NCBI GenBank assembly: GCA_963847185.1
Contig: CAWJYV010000010.1
Span: 128,001 to 192,000 of the forward strand
Reading direction: 5' to 3'
DNA length: 64,000 nucleotides
Source of the DNA: an uncultured Methanosarcinaceae archaeon
Lineage (GTDB): Archaea; Halobacteriota; Methanosarcinia; Methanosarcinales; Methanosarcinaceae
Shown: positions 31,652 to 41,816 of the stretch, one piece after another
How positions within the stretch are numbered: position 1 is the first letter of the stretch
Layout of the letters: every line of letters starts with the position of its first letter
Position numbers and translations under genes: made by a program
The notes under the pieces: generated by a model
The model's database searches: none
Seen by the model: the letters and a program-made list of their open reading frames with translations, nothing else
Told to the model about the DNA's origin: nothing

Positions 31652-34600
31652 TCAGGGGGAGATTTTCAGTAGAAAACCTGTCAATATGAGGGCTAAAACT
31701 ACCATAGCAATAATACTTCCGGCAGATTTTATTGAAATCCCTGTTTGCAGGCTCTGTCTCCAGCCTGATATTTTGGAATATATATTTGACTCAGATTTAG
31801 ATCCCTCTTCGAGGTCAGTTATTGGTTTGATTGCAGGATTGGATACAGGGTTTCCATTTTTGTCTTTTGAATTTGCAGAAGTTCTGGACTTATTTCTTGC
31901 ATAAGGTATTGTCTTGATACGGCAGTTGTTCATTTGTTTTGAAGAGTCATCAATGATATTCTGAAGAGGCCCTTCAATATTTTTTGCAATTTCATTCAGT
32001 TCCCTAAAGAATTCAGTAAAAGCTGTCTTGTCAATCTCTATGGCAGATTCAGTTCCATTTTTTGGAAGAGATTCTTTGAAACTAGGATTAGTAAGTTCTT
32101 TCTTATTGTTAATTTCTTCTATTTCCTCTATATGTGCCATCAACTTATACAGAGATTTTATAAAGCGTTCTGCTTTTAAGTCCAGGTTATATATTTTTCC
32201 AGATTTTTGAAGATCTTCCTTCCACTTCTTAATCCGGTCTTCACTTTTCTGAATATTTTGCTGTGCAATTCCAGCAAATAGATAGTCAAGCATGTCAGAT
32301 AGACACGACATCGACATTGAGCAGGCGTTACTGGTTTGCTTATCTTTCAGACCTGTCTCTGCAACCATTTTATAGCATAGAGATGCATCAGCTATACTGT
32401 TTACAGTTTTCTTAAACATCTCAACAGTATAAGATGGTTGAAAATCGAGGTTTTTGATCTTAGATCTACCTTTAAGCGTATATCCTTTGGTCAAAAAGGT
32501 ACTCTTGAATTTCTCCCCTGCATGTTTGCCTGCTTCAATATATCTGTCCCCTGAGAGCTCAGCATATTTACTACATTTGTTATATTCTTTTGAATTACAA
32601 TATTTATTGGCTAAGTCTTCATAAATCCATGCAAGAGCAAGATTTTCTTTGATATTATCTCCTTTTTCTCTAAAGAGACTGGATGTAAGCTTCATTTCTT
32701 CAATTGCTTCAATCTCCAGATTCCTGGAGAGCAGCAGCAAACTGTAAGCACCGTGAATTTCTGGTTTTGAAGGATCTGATTCGATTGCTGCTTTAATTTG
32801 TTTTTCGGCTTCTTCCAGCCTTCCAGTTTCTAAAAGGAGTTTTCCGTAATTCGAGTGTACACGGATATTTTTCGGGTCTATTTCGAGAGCAAGTTTATAA
32901 TGTTTTTCGGCCTCTTCCTGCCTTCCCATATGTTTAAGAAAATTTCCGTAACTGTAGTGAGTTGCCAGATGTTCAGGATTAGCTTTCAGAGCGAAAATAT
33001 ACTGTTTTTCAGCTTTTTCCGCCTGTCCAGTTTCTGAGAGGAAGAGGCCGTAATTACAGTAAATATCTGCATTCTTTGGGTCGATTTTCAGAGCAAGTTT
33101 GTAGTGTTTTTCGGCCTCTTCCTGCCTTCCCATATGTTTTAGAAGATTCCCGTAGTTCCCGTGTGTATTGACATCCCTCGGCTCAATTTTGAGAGCAAGC
33201 TTATACTGTTTTTCAGCTTCTTGCAGCCGGCCCATTTGTTTTAGGAGGATACCATAATTGTAAAGGGTGGCTACATGTTTAGAATCTGATTCGAGAGCAA
33301 GCTTATACTGTTTTTCAGCTTCTTTCAGCCTGCCCATTTTTTTAAGAAGAAGGCCATAGTTATAATGAGCGTCTGTGTGCCTGGGGTCGAGTTCCAGAGC
33401 AAGCCTATACTGCCTTTCGGCTTTTTCCGGCAGCCCCATTTCTGAAAGAAGAAGACCGTAATTATATCGGGTGGCTACATGTTTCGGGTCGTTTTCAAGA
33501 GCAAGCTCATACTGTTTTTCTGCCTGGTATTGTTTTCCTATTTCCGAAAGAAGGATCCCGTAGTTTGATAGAGTAGCTACATGTTTTGGATCTATCAGTA
33601 AAGCAAAATTATACTGTTCTTCAGCTTCTTGCAGGTGTCCCATTTCCGCAAGGAGAAGCCCATAATTGTAACGAATCTCTACATTTTTAGGATCAGTTTC
33701 GAGAGCGAGCTTATATTGTTTTCCTGCCTCCTTCTGCCTTCCCATCTGTTTAAGGAGATTTCCGTAATTATGATGGGTGGCTACGTGTTTAGGGTCAGTT
33801 TCTAGAGCAAGTTCATATTGTTTTTCTGCCTTTCCCAGCTGCCCCATTTTTGAAAGAAGAAGGCCATAGTTTGAGTGAGCAGCTGCATGTTTAGGATTAG
33901 CTAACAAGGCAAGCTTATATTGTTTTTCAGCTTCTTCAAGGCGCTTCATTTCCATGAGGAGAAGCCCGTAATTGTAACGAATGTCTGGATTCTTTGGAGC
34001 AATTTCCAGAGCCAGCCTGTAGTGCTCCTCGGCTTCTTCCAGCTTTCCCATTTTTAAAAGAAGAATTCCGAAGTTTAAATGAATTTCTGCGTTCTTTGAG
34101 GCAATTTCCAGAGCCAGCCTGTACTGTTCCTCTGCCTCTTTCAGCCCCCCTGTTTCCGAGAAAAGAAGACCATAACTGAAATGAGTTGCTACATGTTTCG
34201 GATCGCATTCCAGAGCAAGTTTATACTGTACTGCAGCTTCTTCTTTCTTTCCCATTTCCGAGAGAAGATTTCCATAACTGTAACGGGCTGCTATGTGTTT
34301 CGAATTGGATTTCAAAGCAAGTTGATACTGTTCTTTAGCTTTTTCCTGTCTCTTTAATTCTATAAGGAGAAGCCCGTAATTGTAATGAGTTTCTGCATCG
34401 CTGGGATTAGATTCCAGAGCAAGCTTGTAATGCTTTTCAGCCTCATAAGGCCTATCCATCTTTATAAGCAGATTCCCGTAATTTGCGTGGAGGTGAGCAT
34501 CATTGGGGTCAGCTTCCAGCCCAAGCTTATACTGCTCTTCAGCTTTTTCAGGTTTCCCTTTTTCAGAAAGAAGAAATCCGTAATTTGAACGAGCAGCTGT

Positions 34601-35245
34601 ATGTCTTGGATTTGCTTCCAGAGCCAGTTTATACTGTTTTTCTGCCTTTTCCGGCTGTCCTGTCTCCAGAAGGAAAAGTCCGTAATAATAATTAGCATCT
34701 GCATTATCCGGATCAAGTTCAAGAGCTGCTTTAAACTGCTCTTCTGCCGCTTCCGGGCGTCCCATTTCCATAAGGAGATTCCCGTAATTTAAGTAAATAC
34801 CTATATTAGTAGGATCGATTTTCGAAGCAAACTTGTACTGTTCTTCGGCCTCTTTCGTTCTACCCACCTTTTTAAGGAGAATTCCGTAGTTATAATGAGT
34901 TGATACGTTAAACGGGTCAATTTCCAGAGCCATCCTGTACTGCTTTTCAGCTTCTTCCAGCCACTCCATGAAAAAAGCAGCCACTCCCACATTATAGTGA
35001 GCAGTTGCCTTAACATCTCCTACAGCCAGAAGTGAGGCTGCTTTTGCATATATGTAAGCTAAACTGTACTTTTCTTTTGATCCGTAAATGTTGCACATAT
35101 GAAGCAAGAAGCTGGCAGGAACCGAATTCTTTTTAGAATAGTAAGCCAAAACGTCAGCTGCTCCTTCGAAATCCCCATTATTGGATCTCATATGTTTAGC
35201 TACAACCTGTACGAGTTTACTTGCCTGCTCTTCCTCCATAACCAA
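31652..35245 (-). CDS. Large TPR protein (about 22 tandem 34-aa repeats) with a C-terminal hydrophobic tail
   Basis: Repeat consensus HYNYGLLLxxMGRxxEAEKQYKLALExDPKH. Confidence 0.93.
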   Translation of the reverse strand: MVMEEEQASKLVQVVAKHMRSNNGDFEGAADVLAYYSKKNSVPASFLLHMCNIYGSKEKYSLAYIYAKAASLLAVGDVKATAHYNVGVAAFFMEWLEEAEKQYRMALEIDPFNVSTHYNYGILLKKVGRTKEAEEQYKFASKIDPTNIGIYLNYGNLLMEMGRPEAAEEQFKAALELDPDNADANYYYGLFLLETGQPEKAEKQYKLALEANPRHTAARSNYGFLLSEKGKPEKAEEQYKLGLEADPNDAHLHANYGNLLIKMDRPYEAEKHYKLALESNPSDAETHYNYGLLLIELKRQEKAKEQYQLALKSNSKHIAARYSYGNLLSEMGKKEEAAVQYKLALECDPKHVATHFSYGLLFSETGGLKEAEEQYRLALEIASKNAEIHLNFGILLLKMGKLEEAEEHYRLALEIAPKNPDIRYNYGLLLMEMKRLEEAEKQYKLALLANPKHAAAHSNYGLLLSKMGQLGKAEKQYELALETDPKHVATHHNYGNLLKQMGRQKEAGKQYKLALETDPKNVEIRYNYGLLLAEMGHLQEAEEQYNFALLIDPKHVATLSNYGILLSEIGKQYQAEKQYELALENDPKHVATRYNYGLLLSEMGLPEKAERQYRLALELDPRHTDAHYNYGLLLKKMGRLKEAEKQYKLALESDSKHVATLYNYGILLKQMGRLQEAEKQYKLALKIEPRDVNTHGNYGNLLKHMGRQEEAEKHYKLALKIDPKNADIYCNYGLFLSETGQAEKAEKQYIFALKANPEHLATHYSYGNFLKHMGRQEEAEKHYKLALEIDPKNIRVHSNYGKLLLETGRLEEAEKQIKAAIESDPSKPEIHGAYSLLLLSRNLEIEAIEEMKLTSSLFREKGDNIKENLALAWIYEDLANKYCNSKEYNKCSKYAELSGDRYIEAGKHAGEKFKSTFLTKGYTLKGRSKIKNLDFQPSYTVEMFKKTVNSIADASLCYKMVAETGLKDKQTSNACSMSMSCLSDMLDYLFAGIAQQNIQKSEDRIKKWKEDLQKSGKIYNLDLKAERFIKSLYKLMAHIEEIEEINNKKELTNPSFKESLPKNGTESAIEIDKTAFTEFFRELNEIAKNIEGPLQNIIDDSSKQMNNCRIKTIPYARNKSRTSANSKDKNGNPVSNPAIKPITDLEEGSKSESNIYSKISGWRQSLQTGISIKSAGSIIAMVVLALILTGFLLKISP

Positions 35246-35535
35246 AAACCACCCAGCAAATTATTTCGATAATTCCGAAAAGCCTCCAATATTTGTCGGC
35301 TGTTTATTTCCATATATAAACAATTACTTGAAATTAGATATCCATCGAAAATTTTTCTTATGTTAGATTACTACATACAGTAATAAATATTTTATTATAT
35401 TAAAGAAAATTATTGTTTGATTTTAATAAATTAATGGATTATATAATCAGGAGCTTACTGAAGTTATATGTTAAAATAAAGTAGTAATGAGTTTATTTCG
35501 TAGCTGGAAATAATCCCTAATTATGGAGATCAAGT

Positions 35536-35898
35536 ATGAAAGTCCTGAAAATCCTCTCCCGCCTCTATGTAAACGACCTGAAATCTTCCATCGAATTTTA
35601 CGAGAAACTCTTAGGTACTCCCGTAGCCAGACGAATAGAAATTCCTCAAATTGGTCTGGAACTGGCTCAGATAGGGGATGTTTTGCTAATCGCTGGCTCG
35701 GATGAAGCTCTGAAACCTTTCAGAAGCACGCAGGCCACATTTCTTGTTGATTCTCTTGGTGAATTCAAGGCTTATCTGGAGAAAAAAGGAGCAGAAATTA
35801 CCCGGGGGCCAACTAAGGTTCCAACCGGCTGGAACATGACTTTAAGGCACCCTGATGGGTCGGTAATAGAATATGTGGAACACACGAAGAACGTATAA
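35536..35898 (+). CDS. VOC/glyoxalase family protein
   Basis: YVNDLKSSIEFYEKLLG ... HPDGSVIEYV. Confidence 0.88.
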   Translation: MKVLKILSRLYVNDLKSSIEFYEKLLGTPVARRIEIPQIGLELAQIGDVLLIAGSDEALKPFRSTQATFLVDSLGEFKAYLEKKGAEITRGPTKVPTGWNMTLRHPDGSVIEYVEHTKNV

Positions 35899-35964
35899 GG
35901 GAGTTTTGGTTTTTCAAGAATCTATCTGCTCTTTTTAATCATCGAAATATTTTTTGTTTTTTGG

Positions 35965-36010
35965 AAAAGGCCGGCCACTTCGCGGCCGGTGAGAGCACAG
36001 GGACTTGAAA
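35965..36010 (+). repeat. Dispersed GC hairpin repeat (TTCG loop), copy 1
   Basis: CCGGCCACTTCGCGGCCGGTGAGAGCA; inverted copy at 62524-62555. Confidence 0.7.
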
Positions 36011-36105
36011 ACAAATCCTAAAAAAGTTTTTAGGGGTAATTTCTGAAAAATAAAAGCTACAGACCAGTTAAAAGTGGTTAAAAGCTGTTAAAAGACTTTT
36101 CCTGG

Positions 36106-37122
36106 TTATTTCATATGCCTGTCCAGATATTCAAACACTTTGTCTATATTTTCTACCGATTCGAATTGTCCTCCGCCGTGGCCTGCCCCTTCAAACAGGG
36201 TAAGAGTTACTTTGTCCTTGCCTGCGTTTTTTGCTATTGCAGTTGCAAAATCGATAGACTGCTGAGCTGGAATAACCGGATCTAGTGTGCCATGCTGGAT
36301 CAGAAATGGCGGGCAATCTGAGGTTATATAAGTAGTGGGATCTGCCTGCTTGCATAGATCTGGGACATCTGAAATATTTTGCCCAAAATATTTTGATCCA
36401 AATGAATTGTTTGTGTTATGGATTAAAACACCCTTTACTTTCTCCCCGATTCTGCTTGCTTTGTTTTGTTCGTCTATTACAGCGAAATTTATGGGTCCGA
36501 ACCAGTCAACTACTGCTGTAACATTATCCGAAACGTCTGTGTTTCCTAGAGATCTGTCATAACAGTTATTTGTACCGCCTGTCGTGCCTGCAATGGAAGC
36601 AAGATTTCCACCTGCCGAATCCCCCCAGAGAGCTATCTTATCCGGGTTTAAGTTGTATTGGGCAGCATTGGCTTTAACAAAGCGAATAGCTGCTTTTACA
36701 TCGTTTATAGCTGCCGGGAAAGTAGATTCGTCACTTAAACGATAGTTAATAGTTACTACTGCATAGCCGCGGTTTACACCTTGAAGCATGGGTGCGAGAT
36801 CTCTGCCGTTTTTACTGCCCGTAGCAAGCCCACCTCCGTGGATTGCTATAATTACGGGGAAGGGGCCGTTTCCTTTGTCTGGCAAATAGGTGTCAAGTTT
36901 TTGTGTTTCCGATTTTGAGGCATAAGCAATGTCAGTAAACTTGCTTTTGACACCTGGTACACCTGTACTCTCCAGGTTATTGCCGCCGGACTTATTTAAT
37001 TGCGCTTCTGAACAGCCGGCAAATGTAGATCCTCCAAATCCTACCAGCAAAGTCACTGCCAGTAATTTGACTAATATTTTATTCAATCTCTTACCCCCAC
37101 TGGTAACTCTATACACAGACAT
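36106..37122 (-). CDS. Alpha/beta hydrolase (esterase), probable lipoprotein
   Basis: IHGGG, GDSAG, HGTLD, GAGH; N-terminal hydrophobic segment ending in lipobox-like FAGC. Confidence 0.88.
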   Translation of the reverse strand: MSVYRVTSGGKRLNKILVKLLAVTLLVGFGGSTFAGCSEAQLNKSGGNNLESTGVPGVKSKFTDIAYASKSETQKLDTYLPDKGNGPFPVIIAIHGGGLATGSKNGRDLAPMLQGVNRGYAVVTINYRLSDESTFPAAINDVKAAIRFVKANAAQYNLNPDKIALWGDSAGGNLASIAGTTGGTNNCYDRSLGNTDVSDNVTAVVDWFGPINFAVIDEQNKASRIGEKVKGVLIHNTNNSFGSKYFGQNISDVPDLCKQADPTTYITSDCPPFLIQHGTLDPVIPAQQSIDFATAIAKNAGKDKVTLTLFEGAGHGGGQFESVENIDKVFEYLDRHMK

Positions 37123-37388
37123 TATCTTTGTACTATCTTTGTACTATCTTTTCGTCATCTCCGTAATTCTATTTTTTGTTTTATACCTTATTTATCAGAC
37201 ATGTTGGAACAAGCCGAAAAAATAAGTCAAGTCAAAAGTGAGTCAAATCAAATTAATTTCTTTTATCCTGGTAAGAAGTGTTTTAAACTTATAAACTAAC
37301 CAGTTTTATAAGAGATGCCATATAATTCTAATTGAGTTATCAGTGAACTTACTATAATTGAAGTGGAAGGTTTTTGAGGGGGGTAATT

Positions 37389-38408
37389 ATGGTAAATACG
37401 AGTTTTACGCGGGATATCCAGTATCCACCTTTGCCAATTGAAGAATGGGAAGATACGAAAAATACGCTGCATCTGTTTTTGCAGATCGTAGGAAAGATCA
37501 GGCTTGCATTGTTTCCGAAAATGAACCACTGGTGGCATGTGCCTTTTTATGTGTCTGTACGCGGGCTTACTACAGGGCCGATTCCTTACGAGGATATGAC
37601 TTTTGAGATGGAATTTAATTTTAGAGATAGTGGGCATGTTCTAAGGATCGAAACTAGTGAGGGAGGCTTGAAAACCGTGCCATTAAAGGGACTCTCGGTT
37701 GCGGGTTTTTATGATAAGGTATTTTCAAACCTCGACGAACTTGGGATCGTGATAGGCATTAAGCCTGTGCCCTATGATATTCCTAATGTGACAGAGCCGT
37801 TTGTAGCTGATTATCAGCATGCCTCCTATGATGAAGAATATGTGAACAGGTTCTGGAGAATCCTTGTACAGGTTTATTCGATCTTTCAGGCTTTCAGGGG
37901 CTGGTTTATAGGTAAAAGTTCGCCTGTGCACTTTTTCTGGCACCATGCTGACCTTGCTCTGACACGGTTTTCAGGCAGGCCCGTTCCTGTCAGAGAGGGG
38001 GCAAGTTCTGTTGAGAACGAGGCTTCTTCACATGAAATAATCAGTTTCGGATTCTGGGCAGGAGATAAGAATATCAGAGAACCGGCATTTTACGCTTACA
38101 TGTATCCGCAACCGGCAGGTTTAATGAACGAGCTTCTAAGCCCTAAGGAAGCCTTCTGGGATCCGGAAGCAGGGCTTGCTCTTCTCATGTACAACGATGT
38201 CAGGAATGCAGATTCGCCGGAAAAAGCGGTACTCGATTTTCTTGAAAGCGTATATCAGGCAGGGGCAAAAATGGCCAACTGGGATATCGAGGCCTTCAGA
38301 CTTTCTCCAGCCGAAAAACAATCTGAGGAGAAAATAGGAGAGAAAATTGAAAAGCAGGTTAAAGAGCAGCCAGATCTACTGGAAAAGCTGGAAAGGCCTG
38401 AAGCTTAA
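37389..38408 (+). CDS. DUF5996-like protein
   Basis: TLHLFLQIVGKIRL, NHWWHV, SPVHFFW, DLALTRFSGR, GFWAG, EPAFYAY. Confidence 0.8.
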   Translation: MVNTSFTRDIQYPPLPIEEWEDTKNTLHLFLQIVGKIRLALFPKMNHWWHVPFYVSVRGLTTGPIPYEDMTFEMEFNFRDSGHVLRIETSEGGLKTVPLKGLSVAGFYDKVFSNLDELGIVIGIKPVPYDIPNVTEPFVADYQHASYDEEYVNRFWRILVQVYSIFQAFRGWFIGKSSPVHFFWHHADLALTRFSGRPVPVREGASSVENEASSHEIISFGFWAGDKNIREPAFYAYMYPQPAGLMNELLSPKEAFWDPEAGLALLMYNDVRNADSPEKAVLDFLESVYQAGAKMANWDIEAFRLSPAEKQSEEKIGEKIEKQVKEQPDLLEKLERPEA

Positions 38409-38770
38409 AATATGCTGAAACAGGAAAGAAAGCTAACAGGAAGAAGAGAGAGCTTAGGTTTGCGAAGTTATTCTCTTCCAATGTCTTTTTCTACACCTTT
38501 TTTATCAGATTTTTTTCCATTTCCATAGATATCGATCAACACATTACTTTATGTTTATATTTATTTCTACAAAAGACTTGAAAAACTAATTAAGATCAAT
38601 GTTTATCCGTTTTTTGGAGTCACTTTCAACTGAAAATCGTTTCAATTAACACAAGAATGAGAAAAAAGCCAATTGGCTGCAATTAATGAGAATAGGGATT
38701 TTGAATAGCTTTACCTTTATTAAACGTGTAATTTTTAACTTAATTTTAAATTAAAGGTTTAGAAATATTT

Positions 38771-38828
38771 ATTTTATTAATTAAATGGTTTTAGGCCCTC
38801 TTTTATTATAAGTATATTTATATTTAAT
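38771..38828 (+). promoter_or_regulatory. Conserved bipartite promoter (upstream AT box plus BRE/TATA) of secreted-peptide gene 1
   Basis: ATTTTATTAATTAAA-N24-AAGTATATTTATATTTAAT; same elements and spacing at 42522-42465 on the - strand. Confidence 0.7.
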
Positions 38829-39083
38829 CTCGTTAATATTAGTTTATCTAGTGAAAAAAGCCTGCAAAACAATGAAAAATTTTCTCCAGAGCTTAAACAC
38901 CGAATAGAAACTGCAGGTACGTGAAGATATTAATCAAGTCCGTTTTAATATTTAATTCTTGACTGTAAGTCCAAAAATCACAGATTGGAGATCAATCGCA
39001 TTAGAGATTAGAGTCTCTTTCCAATGAGTCTCTTTCCAATGTGTGAACCCTTTCATTCAATTGAACAAATCAGGAGTATATTT

Positions 39084-39413
39084 ATGAAAAATAAAAGATC
39101 TGATCGAATCAAAAAGACTCTTATTATTTTGCTGGTGCTTTGTTTTGTATTGTCAGTAACAGTTGCATCAGCAAGCGCGGCTGACAATAACAAAGATGGA
39201 TACGATAATGGCTACAACAAAGGCATCAAAGATGGCAAAAAGCAGGGTCAAAAAGACTGCGAGCAACATGGAAGCAGTGATACCCTCTCGAAGATTCCTT
39301 CTCCTTCCAACAAAAAAAACTGGACCAAATCCTACAAAGATGGCTACGATAACGGGTACAACAAAGGATATATAGAGGGCTACAATCGAAACCGATACAA
39401 TTGTTTGAAATAA
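39084..39413 (+). CDS. Secreted small protein with GxxxG (DGYDNGYNKG) repeats
   Basis: AGGAG RBS; signal IKKTLIILLVLCFVLSVTVASASA; duplicated KDGYDNGYNKG. Confidence 0.82.
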   Translation: MKNKRSDRIKKTLIILLVLCFVLSVTVASASAADNNKDGYDNGYNKGIKDGKKQGQKDCEQHGSSDTLSKIPSPSNKKNWTKSYKDGYDNGYNKGYIEGYNRNRYNCLK

Positions 39414-40274
39414 TAAATCAAAAATAAAAAACAGGAAATAAGAAACAGGAAATTTTAAAAATCAAAATAAGGAAATTTGGTTCCCAGAGATGTATTAAAG
39501 TCATTAAATCAGGGATTTCACTAAAATAAAGGATTTTCTGTAATAATTTCTTTTTTAGGCACCCGGTTTATAATTTTTCAGGAGGTTATATAAATCGCAA
39601 TTTTTTCACAAGTACAATTTGTCTCATTATAATTATAATCATGATTCCATATCAGTTAAAATCATGATTTCATACCAGTTGAATTTATTTATCTAGATTA
39701 TTTAAATGCAAATAAATAATAAACGAAATATTTATTTATTACATATACTTACTTAATTGTAGTAAGTAGCCATATTCGACCTGATTTTGTTTAAGGTAGA
39801 AGGGTTAATGAGTATATATGATCAATGAAATCAATTCTTGATACTAAGCTTTCTGGTCCATGTTTTTAGTAATCACATAGGTTTATATTTATAAAAAGCA
39901 TTATATATTTATAATCAATCAAGGGTATAGTAGGTTTTGAATGAACCAATAGTAAACATGTTCAACAAACTGGGTTTATTTATAGACTCAATAATGAACA
40001 GTAAACATCAATGGGGATTGGGAGAAGCTGTAAATCATGAATGAGTCTGCAGGCATGAAGAATATTTCAATGAGTGGCTTCGCGATTATTTATTGTTAAT
40101 TTTTCCAGGGGCAGTTTTTAACATGCTCGTTAATAACAAAATCGAGATTGGATCATGGGGGAGCATTGATGATTCCTATAAAAGATATAACCCCTTTGCT
40201 TGGAAAAATACAGAGATTTTTTGCTACGATTTTAGCAGTTAATCTCCACAACCTCAACTTATAAAATTCATTCA

Positions 40275-41204
40275 ATGATAGAGATGAATCTGAGGTTCTA
40301 CATTATTTGCACTGCTTCTTTACTTGCTTTGGGGGTAACTATTATACCCACTTTAGGGGTACCTTTCTTAGCAGGCAGCAACATCACTGCAACAGTACAC
40401 GGGGCTACATATTCATGGGATACTTTTGAACCTCTAAATGATACCTTAATCAGTATTAATTCCAATCCCCTTCAATCAATAGTAGCAAAAGACGGTACTT
40501 ATTCTTTTGAATTGGCGCCCGGAAACTATATTATTACGGCTAGATACTACCAGAATAATACCCTGGTTTATTCCAAAGAAGCGTCTCTGAATATTGAAAG
40601 TGAAGGAAGTTATGTGTTCGATCTCCTGCTTTATCCCGTTTCTGTAAATCCAGTAACTGAAATAATTCCAGATGAAATAAATGACCTCAACAGTGCAAAT
40701 CCGACCGAGCAAACCAGGCCTGAATTTTCAGCTGTCAGGTACTTACCAGTAGCTTTTACGCTCTTTATTTTGCTCGGCGGAGGTTATAAACTTTCCAGAA
40801 AGTACGAAAAGATGAATAAAAACAGGTTTCAGGAAGGAAAGTTCAATACATCCGGAATTCTGAAAAAAGTTGTCGGTGAAGGAGTTATTTCCGAAGTGGG
40901 ATCTGAGTTCGGAAACATTGAAAAAGTAACCTCCGTAACAGAGTCAATAATAGAATCTGCAGATAATTCCGAAATTGAAATTGCCGCTTCTAGGAAACTA
41001 CCTCTTTCTGCAGATCTGCGCGAAGTTCTCGATATAATTCGAGGTCATAAGGGCAAGATTACTCAAAAAGATCTGCGCAGCAAACTTGAATACTCCGAAG
41101 TAAAAGTCAGCCTCTTGCTCTCAGAACTGGAAAAAAGAGGACTGATCAGGAAGTTAAAAAATGGGCGCGAAAACATTTTGGTCTTAATAGATGAAAACCG
41201 TTAA
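40275..41204 (+). CDS. Membrane-anchored protein with an extracellular beta domain and a cytoplasmic winged-HTH
   Basis: N-terminal hydrophobic segment, GTYSFELAPGNYIITA, TM YLPVAFTLFILLGGG, C-terminal ITQKDLRSKLEYSEVKVSLLLSELEKRGLIRK. Confidence 0.85.
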   Translation: MIEMNLRFYIICTASLLALGVTIIPTLGVPFLAGSNITATVHGATYSWDTFEPLNDTLISINSNPLQSIVAKDGTYSFELAPGNYIITARYYQNNTLVYSKEASLNIESEGSYVFDLLLYPVSVNPVTEIIPDEINDLNSANPTEQTRPEFSAVRYLPVAFTLFILLGGGYKLSRKYEKMNKNRFQEGKFNTSGILKKVVGEGVISEVGSEFGNIEKVTSVTESIIESADNSEIEIAASRKLPLSADLREVLDIIRGHKGKITQKDLRSKLEYSEVKVSLLLSELEKRGLIRKLKNGRENILVLIDENR

Positions 41205-41271
41205 ATTACATAACTTAAAATTTTAGTTATTTCAACTATCCGAAATCAAATTGAGTACAGCCTGTGTAAGA

Positions 41272-41752
41272 TTACCACTCTTAAAGGGGAGAGTATTCTT
41301 CGAGTCCACTCTCATTTTCTCGAAACTCAAAAACCACCAATTTTTGTATGACAATATTCTTTATTTATAGAATTGAAACTATACTTGTGGCTTTCCATGA
41401 GATGCTTTGTGGCTTTCTATGAGATACCAGGTTTCCTCTCGATACCAGGCTTCCTCCACAATACAAAGCTTCTTCTGTGATATAGTATGATGTTAATTAA
41501 ACACTGTCTAGTGAGTTCCGGTCAAAGCCAAGGGTTCGCTTCCAGCTTTATCATATCCTTGCGATAGAAGAAAGATATCTCTGTGGACATATGGCACTAA
41601 AAACAAACTCATTTTACAAAAAACAATTTAGAAATTAAATGAAAAACAGAAAAGACGAGGGTTCACTTTATTCCCGACCTCCAGAATCGGGGTACTCATG
41701 TCCCTCCACACCCCTTGCGCAGTAAAATTCCTTACCACCTCTTAAGGAAGTG
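41272..41752 (-). mobile_element. Probable non-autonomous IS200/IS605-derived relic
   Basis: Hairpin CCCGA...TCGGG at 41673-41691, related TTACCAC(C)TCTTAA motifs at both ends, short LGFDRN fragment recalling the TnpA N-terminus. Confidence 0.5.
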
Positions 41753-41816
41753 TACTACAAAATAACTGCTAGTTTAATTTAAGACAGGTTGCTTATAGCC
41801 AGTTTTACCAGCTATT

